A stretch of 55,949 bases of DNA, counting the filler, from Dugesia japonica (Eukaryota), in assembly GCA_001938525.1 (NCBI GenBank). It is 4 parts of 4 records of this genome, joined end to end, with 100 filler letters (N's around TTAATTAATTAA, not from the genome) between each part and the next. Parts side by side here need not be neighbours in the genome. Positions count along the whole stretch, not along the records: positions 11,966 to 20,812 come from MQRL01640028.1; positions 20,913 to 34,362 come from MQRL01584790.1; 2 more parts are not named here. One strand, 5' to 3'. Positions 13,890-28,412 of the stretch are shown here, piece after piece; positions within the stretch are counted from its first letter, which is position 1, and each line of letters begins with the position of its first letter. The position numbers and the translations under genes were made by a program. The notes beneath the pieces are model-generated. The model had not been told where the DNA came from, made no database searches, and saw nothing but the letters and a program-made list of their open reading frames with translations.

Positions 13890-15000
13890 TTTAATCCATA
13901 GTAATAATAATTCATTAGTAATAATAATTCAGTAATAATAATTCATTATATGTTTAATGTAAGTCTTTTCCATTCTTATTCGTTGACATAATGAACGACA
14001 GTCACAATCATTTGAAGCAAAATCAGATTAAATCCTAACAACAACGAAAACGTAATCATTATATTAAAAAGAAGAACTATTCGTCACAATCACACCAGTT
14101 GCAACTTGATTTAATTAATTAGTTTTAATTCAAATCGTTGTTTACTCTAGAAAATTTTGTAAGTTAGCAACCACCATTTAAATTTAAAGTATCGCATCTC
14201 CGTTACTGTGTCGACCAGTTTATCTTTAATGAATTTCATAAGAGTGCCTATTTTACATCTATTCAAATAAAATTATCAATATAAAATCAAATTAAAATTA
14301 TGAATTAATTCGAAATGTAAAAAGCAAGAAATAAATGTATAGTCAATAATAGTAGGAGACATTAAATCTTAAAATAAAATTCAAAAATAATACAATAATA
14401 AAATATCAAATAATAAATTAAGGTTAGAATCATATTATAATTAGAAAAGATGAACAATATACAGATTATGATAATTTTGCTATATCATTTCAAAAACAAT
14501 AATAAGGCCACACAAATCACACGAAATATCAAACGTATATTTGGCGAAGCCAGTGTATAGCTGATCATTGGTTTCGGAAATTTAAAGACTGAGATCAAGG
14601 TCTCTGTTAGATGAGTTTGTGGTACTCATCGGATCATCAATACCAAGATTCAACTCCATAGGAAAATTTATTCAAAACCAAAATTATAACATCATTATTT
14701 GTTTATTCAAACAAATTAAAATCTCGTGTTTTAATTAGTGATAATCTTATTAAATTATTTAAAATTTATTTTAAGTTATTTAAAAATTTTATTTTATTAT
14801 TCAATCGTCATCTTAAAATTTAAAACTAAGTATTCATTTATTCAAAAACGTTTAGTTATTATTAAACCAATTTTCTGTTCAGTCAAAAATTTTTAATTTA
14901 TTACTTAATTGTCATTCAAAATTTAAAATCCAATATTCGTCATTTAAATTTTTTATCTATAATTTAAATCTTTTTTGAAATAAAAGATTTTTAAATAAAA

Positions 15001-15290
15001 ATGATCACCAATCACACAAAAATTTCAACTCGCTTTTCAAAACACACTCATAGTCTCGAAGATGAAAAAGGCTGTGAATGGGACTCTACGATTGACATTG
15101 ATCGATTGAAGGAGTTTGACGAAATTGATATGCGGAAAACTATTCGAAAACTTGGTTCTGAACGAGGCGTATCATCTACGATCCTTTTATCATTCTGATC
15201 CTTTGTGAGAAATTGAAAAATCAAGGAAGCTCGACAGATGGATACCTCACGAATAGACAGAAATTCGAAAAATCATCGTTTGAAGTTAAA
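15001..15290 (+). mobile_element. mariner transposase N-terminal remnant
   Basis: STIDIDRLKEFDEIDMRKTIRKLGSERGVSSTI (second HTH) followed by KLDRWIPHE. Confidence 0.7.
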
Positions 15291-15321
15291 TTCTACTATT
15301 TCTTTGAAGTATAGTTTATAA

Positions 15322-15793
15322 GGGGACGTCCATAAAGTATGTCATGTTATTTTCGATAATTTTTAATTCCTCCTCCCCACATCACAAATCTTGAAAATTC
15401 CCCTATAAGTACGTTACACTTTCGAACTAAAAAATTAGCAACTAATTAAAATTTAATCTATTAAAAACATACTTCACCATTAAATTGTATTACATTTTTA
15501 AAATTCTAACTCAAAAGAGCTATCACGTTATTAAAATGACTAATTAGACTAGTTGAGCATTTGTTACAATTATTCATGAAGCAGTAACTCAATATAGATT
15601 GAATTTTAAAACAAAAGATACGAAATTTAAACTAGACAATTATTAGAATCACTGTTAATTTCGGGTTTTATATTTTAAAAAAAAATACAAAACTTTTGTG
15701 ACGTCATACATGATCTTTACCTCCTGCCATAAACGGTCACATTTTTTAAGATTCTCTCCCTCTCAGAAGCGTGACACACTTTATGGGCACCCC
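15322..15793. mobile_element. PIF/Harbinger (Tourist-like) MITE
   Basis: Left TIR GGGGACGTCCATAAAGTATGTCATG versus right CGTGACACACTTTATGGGCACCCC; TAA on both sides (15319-21 and 15794-96). Confidence 0.8.
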
Positions 15794-16268
15794 TAATATA
15801 ATATTATCGTTAACAAGTAACATAATCATTATATAATTCTCATTTGAGTTCAGATAATCCTCTGTTATCGGCAATTTTAAGAGTAATAATTTTTTTTCTT
15901 TCAGGTTTAAGAAAAGAAACTTCCATCCTCTCCATGCCTACCTAACTTTTATAAAAAACGACATATTCAGACAAAACTCGCGACGTCAAAATATTTCAAA
16001 GATAATCCAAAATTTAAAAGAAGAAAATTTATTTATATACAAAAGATTATATAAATAAATCCAAACATAAAAACAGAATAAATATTTAATTATATAAAGA
16101 AATACCGAAATTGTACATTTCAAAGAAATCAACAACAAATAAAAATGCAAAATATATTTGAATTCAGGAGCGTGAATAGTAAAATAGTCCATATCGAAAT
16201 ATACGGAATTAAAAAAGAAAAGAGTACTGAATTAATATTAATTGTAAAATATATATTTTTAGTATAAT

Positions 16269-18063
16269 CTACATAGTTGTATCAGCCAGTTCGGACAGGG
16301 ATAATAAATCATTGCTTTTATCACTAGAATCAACAATAACATTCATTAAATTATTATTATTACTATTATCAATGACAACGGCAACACCGGGTGTATTTGA
16401 CTCAATGGGTACTGATGAACTCGGAGGACGAATTTGGTTAGAGTAGCTAAAATATTGATTTGAAATTGGAATATGTTGGGGTGTGTGATTATGATAATTT
16501 GAATTCTGGCGATAATTATTNTCTCTATATTGTTGCCTAATGGGAAGAGGGGATTCTTGATGTTGTCTAGGAGGCATTTGGGGACGCGGGAAACCTCTGT
16601 TACAGTTCTGATGAGAATTCATGTAGGATCGTTTTTCGTATTTGTTGTGATGATAATTATGCTGTGGTCCATTTGAATAAGTTTCACTTAAAGAACTTGA
16701 TGGTCTTCTATTTACGGTTTGTTGAAGTTCCCAACAACTACATGATCGATGGATTTTAGCAGCTTGTCTTTCACAACCGCAACAACTTGGAGAACGATAG
16801 ATATGATTTTCACGATAACCTTGATTTACCGAAGGCCGTAGACTTAATTGATGTGAACAACCTGCAATCTGTTGATTATTGCTTTGGTTTTGATTTTTTA
16901 ATTTCAAAACTGTATCATTTAATAATTCGAGTTTGTCTAATAAAGAGTTGACGTATTTTTTCATCGATTCGATTCCATTTACATCCTCTCTCGGTTGGGG
17001 GTAAGGTTGTCTGTAGGGATTAACTAATGGATTGTACATTGAAGGAGGTGGATAATAATTGGGGTTCATTGGCATTATGTTTGGGAAATTAAAAGATGTA
17101 GGATAAAAATTAGAAGGTCTCGGATAAGGTGGTGGATAATTTTGGAAATTGGAATATTGTGGCATTATTGCACAATTTGACTGATTTAATCCTCCAACCC
17201 ATGGATTAATNNNNNNNNNNNNNNNNNNNNNNNNNNNNNNNNNNNNNNNNNNNNNNNNNNAGTTTGTCTAATAAAGAGTTGACGTATTTTTTCATCGATT
17301 CGATTCCATTTACATCCTCTCTCGGTTGGGGGTATGGTTGTCTGTAGGGATTCACTAATGGATTGTACATTGAAGGAGGTGGATAATAATTGGGGTTCAT
17401 TGGCATTATGTTTGGAAAATTAAAAGATGTAGGATAAAAATTAGAAGGTCTCGGATAAGGTGGTGGATAATTTTGACAATTGGAATATTGTGGCATTATT
17501 GCACAATTTGACTGATTTAATCCTCCAACCCATGGATTAATGGATCTATTAGCCATTGGCATTTGGTTGTATGAATAAGTATTAGACTGATTACCATTTA
17601 GTAAATTAGGCATACTTTTCATATTATTGTTCTCCATATTGTACGGTTGGTATTCGTTAAACATTCTATGATTAAAATCGGGATATTTACCTTGGTTGAA
17701 ATAAGCTGATGCATAGCTAGCATGCTGACTTAATGGTCTAAATTGTCCATAATGCTGCGGGGCAGAACGATAAAAATTTGACTCTTTCATCATGGGTCTA
17801 GGATAATCTTTTTGAACATCACTATCAATATCTGATCTATCATTTTCATTTTCTGTAAATGCACAATCTAAAATCTGTGACGAATCTTGTGTTTTTTTAG
17901 CAATTTTTCTTATTTGCTCCATTGAAGTTTTCCAGGAATCAGCAGATCTGTCAATTTGTTTAGAAATTTTTGTATTGTTTTCTTCTAGTTTTTTCAATTT
18001 TAATAGTCGTAATTCTTCAGCTTTGTTTATAGTTTTATTCTTTGTCGGGGTGGGTCTATTCAT
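16269..18063 (-). CDS. Intronless low-complexity N/P/Y/Q/S-rich protein, ~487 aa after collapsing the gap-flanking duplication
   Basis: Two long ORFs share an almost identical segment (MPQYSN...NSLLDK) on both sides of the 17211-17260 gap; 189+298 aa when merged; short coiled-coil segments; no recognisable domain. Confidence 0.7.
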
Positions 18064-18280
18064 TTATGTTGTAAATGTTTGATTAAGTCAAACATCAATA
18101 ATGATTATTGATTAATAAAAATTATTAAAAATATTCTAATTTATTTCATGAATTTATTTTCTTTGTTAATCTATTAATCTCATAAAACCATTCGAGATTT
18201 GTTAAAACTTAAAACCTATTAAGCATTTTACAAATATAATTTGTAAATTATAAATTAAGATTTTTCAACTATTGACTTGA

Positions 18281-18515
18281 CAGGGGCTATCTATTAATTA
18301 TGTCAAGAACTTTCAGAAAACTTTGAACCCCCCAACCATTGTCAACAAACCCCCCCACAAATTAATAATATTGTTGACCATATTTTTTTTATTAAATTCA
18401 ACGTATATAACTTGTTGGTGTCAATTTATATGGGACACCCTCCTCTCCCTTGTAAACAATTGCCAAACTTCTTCAAAACTTCTCTCCAGATTTTGTTGAC
18501 ATAATTAATGAAAAG
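18281..18515. mobile_element. Degenerate Harbinger-type MITE related to 15322-15793
   Basis: AGGGGCTATCTATTAATTATGTCAAG ... TTGACATAATTAATGAAAAG inverted ends, with C-rich subterminal segments as in the 15.3 kb MITE. Confidence 0.5.
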
Positions 18516-18517
18516 TT

Positions 18518-20409
18518 TTTTATCTATCAAATAAAATTTTCAAAATGCGAATATCAAAATTGGTTTTTTATTCTATTTTACTAGATTGTTCAATATCTCA
18601 ATATAGGATTCATCAGGAACGATTTTTCCAATAATAGACAATCGTTATTGGTAAAGTCTACTTTTGAATATTGAACAATATAATAAAATAAAAAAAAACT
18701 AATTAATAAATTAAAAATTTTTAGAAATATTAATCAATGTATTAGATAAAACTATTTTATTGATAGACATTCCAATTCACACATTATTCATTAAAACAAT
18801 TTGATTCTTTCAATAGTTTTCAATGTTTTCTGAACTTTTTGACTTAAAATTGACCTATGTACAATTTACTAACTTGCTAAAAATTGTTCTTTTTGTTTAA
18901 ATTATTCAAAAAATAGTTTTCAATGAATTTTTAAAAAATTAATAAATAACCAAAATTGCTGAAAATTTAAAAAAATTAATTAAAACATTTAATTTATCAC
19001 NNNNNNNNNNNNNNNNNNNNNNNNNNNNNNNNNNNNNNNNNNNNNNNNNNNNNNNNNNNNNNNNNNNNNNNNNNNNNNAAATATTTAAAAGCTATAAATA
19101 TATTCACAAAATGAAACAAAACTTTTCTTCATTGACTATATTTAGATTCTTATTGATTGATAAATCAAAATGTCATTAAATAATGCTTGACCGATTTTAT
19201 CTTAAAGAAAAAAATATTTATCGGAATATTTTGAAATTTAATCGACTATAAGTAATATATTATAATATATTGTAATCTATTATAAGTAATATGAATATAC
19301 AAAGAAAAAATAAAACGAATTTAAATAAGAAATTGATAATTTTACGTACATTGGAAAAATGTATTATTTCTGATTTCATAAGAGGACACTGATAATTTAG
19401 GTTAAAACGAGTTTTCCCGATTGAAATTGAAAGATANNNNNNNNNNNNNNNNNNNNNNNNNNNNNNNNNNNNNNNNNNNNNNNNNNTTTTATCTATCAAA
19501 TAAAATTTTCAAAATGCGAATATCAAAATTGGTTTTTTATTCTATTTTACTAGATTGTTCAATATCTCAATATAGGATTCATCAGGAACGATTTTTCCAA
19601 TAATAGACAATCGTTATTGGTAAAGTCTACTTTTGAATATTGAACAATATAATAAAATAAAAAAAAACTAATTAATAAATTAAAAATTTTTAGAAATATT
19701 AATCAATGTATTAGATAAAACTATTTTATTGATAGACATTCCAATTCACACATTATTCATTAAAACAATTTGATTCTTTCAATAGTTTTCAATGTTTTCT
19801 GAACTTTTTGACTTAAAATTGACCTATGTACAATTTACTAACTTGCTAAAAATTGTTCTTTTTGTTTAAATTATTCAAAAAATAGTTTTCAATGAATTTT
19901 TAAAAAATTAATAAATAACCAAAATTGCTGAAAATTTAAAAAAATTAATTAAAACATTTAATTTATCACTTATTTAAAAAAACAGATTTAAAAAAATTTA
20001 TCAATACTTAACGAAATTTGAAATTTTAAAATAATAAAATCAATCGAAATATTTAAAAGCTATAAATATATTCACAAAATGAAACAAAACTTTTCTTCAT
20101 TGACTATATTTAGATTCTTATTGATTGATAAACCAAAATGTCATTAAATAATGCTTGACCGATTTTATCCTAAAGAAAGAAATATTTATCGGAATATTTT
20201 GAAATTTAATCGACTAGTTTAAAATATTTTTTTCTGGTTTTGTGATTAATATTTATAAGTAATATGAATATACAAAGAAAAAATAAAACGAATTTAAATA
20301 TGAAATTGATAATTTTACGTACATTGGAAAAAGGAATTATTTCTGATTTCATAAGAGGACACTGATAATTTAGGTTAAAACGAGTTTTCCCGATTGAAAT
20401 TGAAAGATA
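18518..20409. repeat. ~970-bp direct duplication broken by gaps (18518-19436 vs 19487-20409)
   Basis: Near-identical sequence on either side of N runs; probably uncollapsed haplotypes. Confidence 0.8.
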
Positions 20410-20912
20410 NATACATTTGATGTAATATAATTAAAAAGAACATGTTAAACCTTTGAATAACTTAATAAAATAATTGATAAATCTAAAACTGGGGATGGAT
20501 TAGTGTGAAATGTGCTCCGATGCCTAAATTAAAATTGCGCTTTTGGATATAAATAACTATATGGCATGAAGTATAAATTAAAGATGAATATTAAAATAGG
20601 TTCTGTAGTCAGGTGTCGTTTTATCAGAGCCGGTTTATTCATTGTGCCAACTGTGCCCTGGCACAGGACCCCGTCTCGGGGCCCAAAAAATAATTTAAAT
20701 AAAAAAAAATTGTATGTCCCTTATACTATTCTGTATGTCATCATCACCATATTTGATGGCTTAAGCTTCATAAGCGCGGCATGTGATTGTTTTAATTAAA
20801 AAAATACGTCATNNNNNNNNNNNNNNNNNNNNNNNNNNNNNNNNNNNNNNNNNNNNTTAATTAATTAANNNNNNNNNNNNNNNNNNNNNNNNNNNNNNNN
20901 NNNNNNNNNNNN

Positions 20913-20955
<43 letters not shown>

Positions 20956-21019
20956 GTAATAATAATAAAAATATTAATAATAATAAATTATAATAATAGC
21001 AAATATATGATTAGATCAA

Positions 21020-22060
21020 TACACAACACAACACAGATAAATAGTTTCAACATAACCACAACCACAACCACAGTACAGTTTAGATAACACAGCACAACCT
21101 CAACCACAGCCACAGATAAATAAATTTAACTTTACACAACACACTTATTTTACATAACACAGCATAGATAAATAGTTTTAACACAATCACAACCATAACC
21201 ACAGCCACAGTACAGTTTAAATACTACACATAGTATAAAGAAATACCACAGCCACAGATAAAAAGATTTAACTCAACACAACGAAGATAAATAATAATAA
21301 ATAATAATTATAATAATAAGTAAAAGAAATAATATTTAATAATTAATTAAAACTTTGAAATTATTTTAAATTAATTCTATTTGTAATCGTAAAGCTATTT
21401 TATTGGTAAAATTAGCATTATAAAATTTTAAAACAATGAGATAACTCAATTTACATTAAAATAATTCTAAAATCATACATATAATTTAAATTGCAAGATT
21501 TATTTCAAATCATATTGTATATTTCTTTGATCATAATGGGTCTGGATTCTATTAACAGTCTAAAACTAATACAATAATTAAGTTTAATTTACTGATTTGA
21601 TCAAGTTCTGTGATAAAATACTACCAGTTATATTCACTACTTTACTCTATTTATTGATTTACTGAAACACATGGGCTTACTGCACCTATTTTCTTACTGT
21701 ATCACATTGGTTTTACTCTATAGCATGGGCTTACTGTGTACATTGTTTTTACTGTTACACATTAATTTACTGTAACACATTTTATTTATTGTCACACATG
21801 AGCTTTACTGTATNACATTGGTTTACTGTTTCTATTAGCTTTATTGAAACACATGGGCTTTACTGTGTCACAGTGAGTTTACTATATCAAATAAGATTAC
21901 TATAACACAATCTCTTTTATTATTCATTGGTTTTTCTGTAACACATTGGCTTACTTTATCCATTGGTTTCCTGTCACTCGTATGATTTTACTGGATCAGA
22001 TTGGTTTACTATACCCATTTGCTTACTTTATCCTCTTGTTTACTGCATTTCTGGCTATCT
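21020..22060. repeat. Degenerate minisatellites: ACCACA/ACACA-rich (~21020-21290) and ~19-21 bp TTTACTGTATCACATTGG-like units (~21630-22060)
   Basis: Repeated motifs visible directly. Confidence 0.7.
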
Positions 22061-22311
22061 GTAAATTCTGGCTTTCTGTTGCTAAATTCAATGAAATTTA
22101 TAAAACATAGAGAAATTAAGGAAATTAATGGCAATTTAATAAATCTTTATTAAGTTGGTCTATATTTTAATTACATGTCTGTTCATTTTAATGGAATTAT
22201 TTATGGACTTGGTATATATTTTGTGTATATCTATAGAAAATTATAAAAATCAAGTTATACAAATAAAATTCAGACTTAAAAATTTCAAACTATTGTCTCA
22301 ATTGATACGTA

Positions 22312-23330
22312 GGGGAGTAGGTAGATAGAGGCGCATCAGCCCACCCCCCCGGCCAGAGAAAATTTCGGGCTGAACAGTTTTTTAGTGACATACCATCCCC
22401 TGGGCAGAGAAAATTTTGGGTTGAACATTTGTTTTACTTTTTATTTTTTATTTTTTATTTTTTTAATTTTTTTTAAACTTGTTTTTTTTAAATTTATATT
22501 TTTGTGGTAATTTTTTGTTTTAATTAAGTAAAATTTGGTACCGTTAGAATTCTAAAGTGATGACAAATCTGATTATTGCGTTAAAAATTTAGTGACACGT
22601 CAAAATAAACGGATTTTTCAAATTTAAAATTTTTAAATTTTTAAATTTTAATTTTTTCGAGTCGAGACCGATTTCATTCTTCCTAAAATCAAAAGTTACC
22701 TATACATGACCTAAAGGACTATTCTCGGAAAGTGCTTCGTTTTGGAGATAAGGGTTGTGGCGCATCAGCCGTCGAAGGAAAGGTAATAGCAAATTCAACT
22801 TTAAACATATAGATGTAGAATTTAATTCTAAGAACTTCTGTGATCTCTAAATTTTCGATTTGTGTGTCGGCGGCACACATATTACCGTTTGAAGATTTGA
22901 AAGCGGTCTATCTCCGATATTTTTTAAAATGGCCCCAAAAGTCCTATATGCAAAAGGTAGAAAGTTTAATTGTCTACATTTCATATATCCATTGTCATCA
23001 AACCAAATGCTTCAAATTTGAGATATTTGACATTTTAAGAAATGTGACTTTAAGGGGGTAGCTTTGAATTTTTCAATTTGAAAATGATATCAAAAATCAA
23101 AAACTGACTATACACTGTTTAATGAATAATTACCGAAAAACGCTTCCTTCGTGGTGAAAAAAAGAAGGACGTGAGAGTAGGTAGATATTGGCGCATCAGC
23201 CCACTTTTCATTTTATTTGAAGATTAAAGGTATTGTTGGATAGGAAATTAAAAAGTAAGATAGGAATGTCTCATGAACTTGTACCGTAAAATGCTTCCTT
23301 AATGGTGAAAATCATGTTTCAATATTATTT
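22312..23330. repeat. Non-coding interspersed repeat with internal direct repeats
   Basis: GAGTAGGTAGATAxxGGCGCATCAGCCCAC at ~22315 and ~23175, GGCGCATCAGCC at ~22759, and a related block at ~52470-52560. Confidence 0.55.
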
Positions 23331-24599
23331 TTAATTTATTTTTTTTTATTTATTTTTTTTAAAATTTTTTTTTATTTTAAATTTTGTTTTTTTGTAATTT
23401 AAATTTTTTTAATTTTTATTTTTTTTAAAATTTTTTTTTTGAAAATATAGGAAATGAAAAAGTAAATTAGGAATGTAACAAGAACTCATATTTAAATATT
23501 TCATTCCTAGTAAAAATTTAGTTTGAATTTTTTTTTGAATTGCTTAATATATACAATTTTCATGAAACACAAATTTGTCCAATTAAATTAAGCAAATAAA
23601 AATAACATGGAAATGCTTTGTTTTACATGCAATTGTATAGCACTTGTATTGTACTACTTTTGCAATTATAATATTTAAACAAAGAATAACCAATCAAAAT
23701 AGTATATAGAACCAAAACAACACACATAATTCAAATAAAGAACAGCNNNNNNNNNNNNNNNNNNNNNNNNNNNNNNNNNNNNNNNNNNNNNNNNNNNNNN
23801 NNNNNNNNNNNNNNNNNNNNNNNNNNNNNNNNNNNNNNNNNNNNNNNNNNNNNNNNNNNNNNNNNNNNNNNNNNNNNNNNNNNNNNNNNNNNNGAAAACC
23901 TACGGAATTTCATGGAATCCAAATGAAATTCCTCAAGAGGGCAATAATATATTCATTTCAAGTAATTATTTTTATAATTTAATTTTTTTTTAAATTTTAT
24001 TTGGGAACCTGTGAGGATACAACGATCTACGCATAATTTTTTTTTAATTCTGATATCAGCTCAAATGACAAGAATATGCTAAATTTATTATTCTAAAGAA
24101 TGGAACCATCAATTTCAATGAAGTATACAGTTTTTATCAATTACAAAGATTCAAAAGGAACCGTATTTGAAAAAACTTAAAAATATATGATCCAAGTAGA
24201 AATACAAGGAGTCATGAAAAATGGAAACGACATTAACTCTATAATAAACAGAAAAGTTAACTCTCCTATTTAGAAAATTCGAGAGATTTATTAAATGTAT
24301 GAATTAATTTTGTGAATTATAATAAATGTTCTTGTTAGTAGTTATTATTATTTATATTAAGTTTTTTTTATTTTATTTTATTATTATTTTTTTTAATATT
24401 TTAAAGTTATAAATAAAAATCATATTGATAAACAAAATTATATCAAATTAAAAACGAATAAAAATAACTAATAAAAAAATTAACTTTCAAATAAAACTAA
24501 AACTCTATTAAATACCAACAATCAAAATAAACTTAATGAAATAAAAAAAACTAAAATAAACAAAACAAAAATAAATTTAACAACAAATTTTATTTAATT

Positions 24600-25763
24600 A
24601 AATTAATAAGTCTTTCAAGCAAATTATATCAACACTTACTGCATTCGCATGCAAAGTGTAGATATAATTGCTTGTTGTACTCCATTAGCACTGCATCAAT
24701 ATCTTCTTTCTTTCATATCTTATTTAGCTGGCAATCTTCGATGTGCAGCTTCAGCATAGTTATTGCTACGACTCACTGTTCTAACGTTAGGTAATTTCAT
24801 TAACCAATGCCTTTAAAAGCCACATCAAGGTCATCCATTGGAACAAACGAAAGTGCGACTATCATTCTAGCAGTTAACGCAAAGTCAAGATCATGTTATA
24901 TTGGCAAAGCAGGTCTTTGTCTTCTAGTTTCTTACGCATGTTCTTCGTCAAATAAAAGAGGCATCCGTAGATTGTACAATTTGGAAACGTTTCAAGAACA
25001 ACACTAATTGCGGCCTTCTCAAAATCTATAGAAACTGATAAGGGACTGAGATGTAGCCACAATTCTTTAATAGCATCAAACATTCGTATGTATGCTTGAC
25101 TTTCATTTTTTTGTAATATAGCATATAGAACAGGTAGTAGGAATCATCATCTGTATGCCATGATTACGTATATGTATCAGAGCAGGAGCCAAGCTGAATA
25201 TTCTGTCTATGTACAATTTTTCCATCTGCATACTTCAATCACCATTCGACTGTCGGTCAGAAAGAAAAATTCGATTTACATCTTGCTCACGTGAATCCCA
25301 TGAAAAAAATTCTTGGATTTGATCTGGTGTGACTTTGTACATACGATATGCATCCTGAATGATAATTGATGCTCGATCTGTAATTTTGGAGGAGTTGCGC
25401 AATTTTGTTTCTAGTTCACTGAATAACCTTTCGAATAGCGTCCTTCTTTGGAATCTTTGCTTGAACTAAAGTCGATGTTCCTTACAGAACACTGTTGAGG
25501 ATCATTGGCGGAATTTCTGTTGTCTCCGTTCCAGCCTTGATCATTGCAGCCTGAAGTTGCGCTGCGTGACTTCAATGAATATGCTGGTTTATCTGCATCA
25601 AAACCTTATCACTATCTACAGTCGTATATAAACGGACCTTACATTCGTTCTTTATCTCAGATCACCAGAACTTCTTGGAAAAGTCTACAGTGAAATTATC
25701 AAATACATAGAGATATCCTTCGTGCATAATTTTTTTGCCACGCTTTGATTGAATATTTTCCAT
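24600..25763 (-). mobile_element. MULE/Mutator transposase pseudogene with N-terminal FLYWCH finger
   Basis: MENIQSKRGKKIMHEGYLYVFD...KFW...CKVRLYT (FLYWCH); SIDFEKAAISVVLETFPNCTIYGCLFYLTKN (MULE DxE...CxFH); LSFVPMDD. Confidence 0.85.
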
Positions 25764-25899
25764 GTAANNNNNNNNNNNNNNNNNNNNNNNNNNNNNNNNN
25801 NNNNNNNNNNNNNNNNNNNNNNNNNNNNNNCTCTGCTTAACCCTGTTTTGTTTTTTTATAAATGTGAAGAATACATAATATTAGAACTGGAGTACGAAA

Positions 25900-26330
25900 T
25901 TATGGCATAGACACCTTTAAAACCATAGGAAATACTATATTGACCATAAAAAACAGTCTGTCGATCATAATACATAAAATAAATACATAAGGATTGGTAT
26001 AAAAGTTAATGGCTCATAAATTGAACAAAGAGGACTTAACAAAAGAGCTAATAATGAATAGTTGCAATGACAGAAAGATTAAACATAAAATCAAATCAGG
26101 AAAAATAGAAAAAGTAGACGATGTATTTAAAGCAATAAAAGAATGGGAAGACATACAAGACGAAATAAAATCTGAAGGAATTAATGTAGTTGGTAACTAC
26201 AGAGATGCCGTTCGCAGAAACCCAGAACAAAGAAATTTCAACACGAATCGTAATGAAGGAATGCAACAAAACAGAAACAAACAAAGACGAGAAATCACGT
26301 GCTGGACATGTAACGAAATAACAAAAACTG
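25900..26330 (+). mobile_element. LTR retrotransposon gag remnant
   Basis: Helical gag-like region, then an R/N-rich linker and ITCWTCNE (start of a CCHC zinc knuckle), truncated. Confidence 0.55.
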
Positions 26331-28412
26331 TAACACTTACTAGTGGAAATAACAAAGAGAAAATAATCATCACAAAGTGAATATCAACTAGCTGACAAAA
26401 ATGACATTTATTTAAATGAAGTAGAACGAAATTCGACAAGTTGGCCAGAACGTTATTATTTTAAAATATGAATATTGAGCCAGAAATTAAAGAATTAAAA
26501 GACTTGAATTTCCGATTAATAATAATTTATTTAAGAAAACTCTATCTACAAATATTTAATTATTTAAATAAACACAGTGCTGGTGTTAGAGTATTTGGCG
26601 CCCTAAGCGAAATTGTCAGTGGTGTAGTTTGAATCCTGCGATGAACCAATTATTTTACAATTTTTTAGGATTTTACTAGTTTTCTATAAGGTTTGATGAT
26701 TTTAAGCAATGATATTCGAAAAAAGCGTAAATTTTCTATCGCATATCAATTTTAAAAAATAATCAATCAAACCAAAATTCAGCAAATTCGACCAAAATCA
26801 ATCAATTCAACAATTCTGAGTAAATTAAACTTTAGTGATAATGTTAGTGATAATAATCAACCAAAAATAGCCCAGGGGGACAAGTTGGTGCTCTTCTATT
26901 TATCTACTATTCATATTATAAATTTATAGAAATATTGGTTTTGTTTTCTGATTTATTTTATATTCTAATTTTAGTATTTCTTAATTTGCTATTGTTACAA
27001 TTCAGTCAAATTTAATAATACAGAAGTCGATAAATTTGATCAAATTTCAACTAAATAGATTCATCCTACCACGATTTATCTGAAAAACTATGATAAAATA
27101 ATATTAAACTGCCATTTTCTAATGAATTTAAAGATTTACAATTGATTTTATAATCAAATAGAATTAATGTCTCTTCACACTAGCTGAACTTATTGATGCT
27201 AAAATATCTAATTTAACGCAAAATCGCTAAAAGTACCTTTGTTTCAACTTTAAATCGTAGTAGATGTGGTTATAGTGTAAAATCATTATCAACTAAAACC
27301 ATAATAATTATCTTATTATAATACAAATGATAACTTAATTGAAACTTTTATCGTGTTGTTATCTCATCAAAAGAAATAACTGTGGTCATCAAATAAATTT
27401 AAAGCTGTCTTTTAATAAATAAATCTTGATTCTCTGCCTTTGTTAGGACAATTTATAGATAATTATACAGGCTTTTCTTTTAGGAGATGTCAGACCAATT
27501 CAAGTTGGTATCTATTTTAGAATTCAATAGAAAGGAAATATTTTTTGTTAAACGCTTTTTATAATCTTCAATATTTATTTTTAACTGTAGTGTTCTAGTT
27601 AAATTTTTACTTTGTCCTCACAAAAGTAGTGATATGAGAAATTTTTCTTATTTAATGAATGATTTCATTTCTAATTCTTCTTTAAATTTGCATTAATCAA
27701 ATAAATGGATATTTTAATTGAATTTACTATTTCATTTTCTACTTTAGAATTAAGTGGAATTGTTATTGCTAAATATTGGATTTGTGTCATAATTTATTTA
27801 CCAAAAATCTATTCTTTGATTTATACAATCAAAATAATTAAATAGATTAATAATTCTAATATTTCCATCTCAAATTACATAGATTCAAAATCGTCTTTTT
27901 CTGGATCACAATTCGCATAGCCAATGAATGAGATTAATTTGTAATCGTAATTAATCTTTTGAATTCTAATATTATTAAAAATAGGCACCGTTTCAATTTG
28001 TAGACCTAGTAGAATTGTGATACACCTGGTTTCTAGTTAGATATTCTGTAAAAAGATTATCACTGAATTCTGAAGAATATTTATTTTGTGGGAAAGAAAA
28101 TTGTATTTTAAATGTTAAATAATCATATACAATTTCTGTTTTCATATTTTAATGTTTTCCATAACAAAACATTATCCATTAGTTTTATTTAAATCTATTT
28201 TACTCGATTATTTTTTCTTGTTAAATATTAAATGATTTTTAGTTAAAGAAATGTTATCAAAATAATACATACATTTTTTTAATCGATTATTATAAACTTT
28301 TTATAGACTATCTAACAGAAAAATTTGATGTTTCCTTTAATTTGAATATTTAAACAAATATTTTAACACCTATGAAAATTTTAAATTTACAAATTTTAAC
28401 AATGATTCAACT

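Noticed and set aside
16931-17540. Internal tandem repeat in the low-complexity protein
   Set aside because: Near-identical copies flank a 50-N gap; most likely overlapping contig ends or haplotypes.
20626-20690. GC-rich hairpin region as a structured RNA
   Set aside because: CAGAGCCGGTTT... resembles a hAT-type transposon terminus (a similar end lies at ~26575); no RNA family features.
27619-27630. AGTAGT as the missing left Polinton terminus
   Set aside because: The preceding hexamer CACAAA does not match TACAAA and the following sequence does not match the right TIR.
26900-28150. Possible degenerate minus-strand coding region (cadherin-like?)
   Set aside because: Many stops and no diagnostic motif that I can support.
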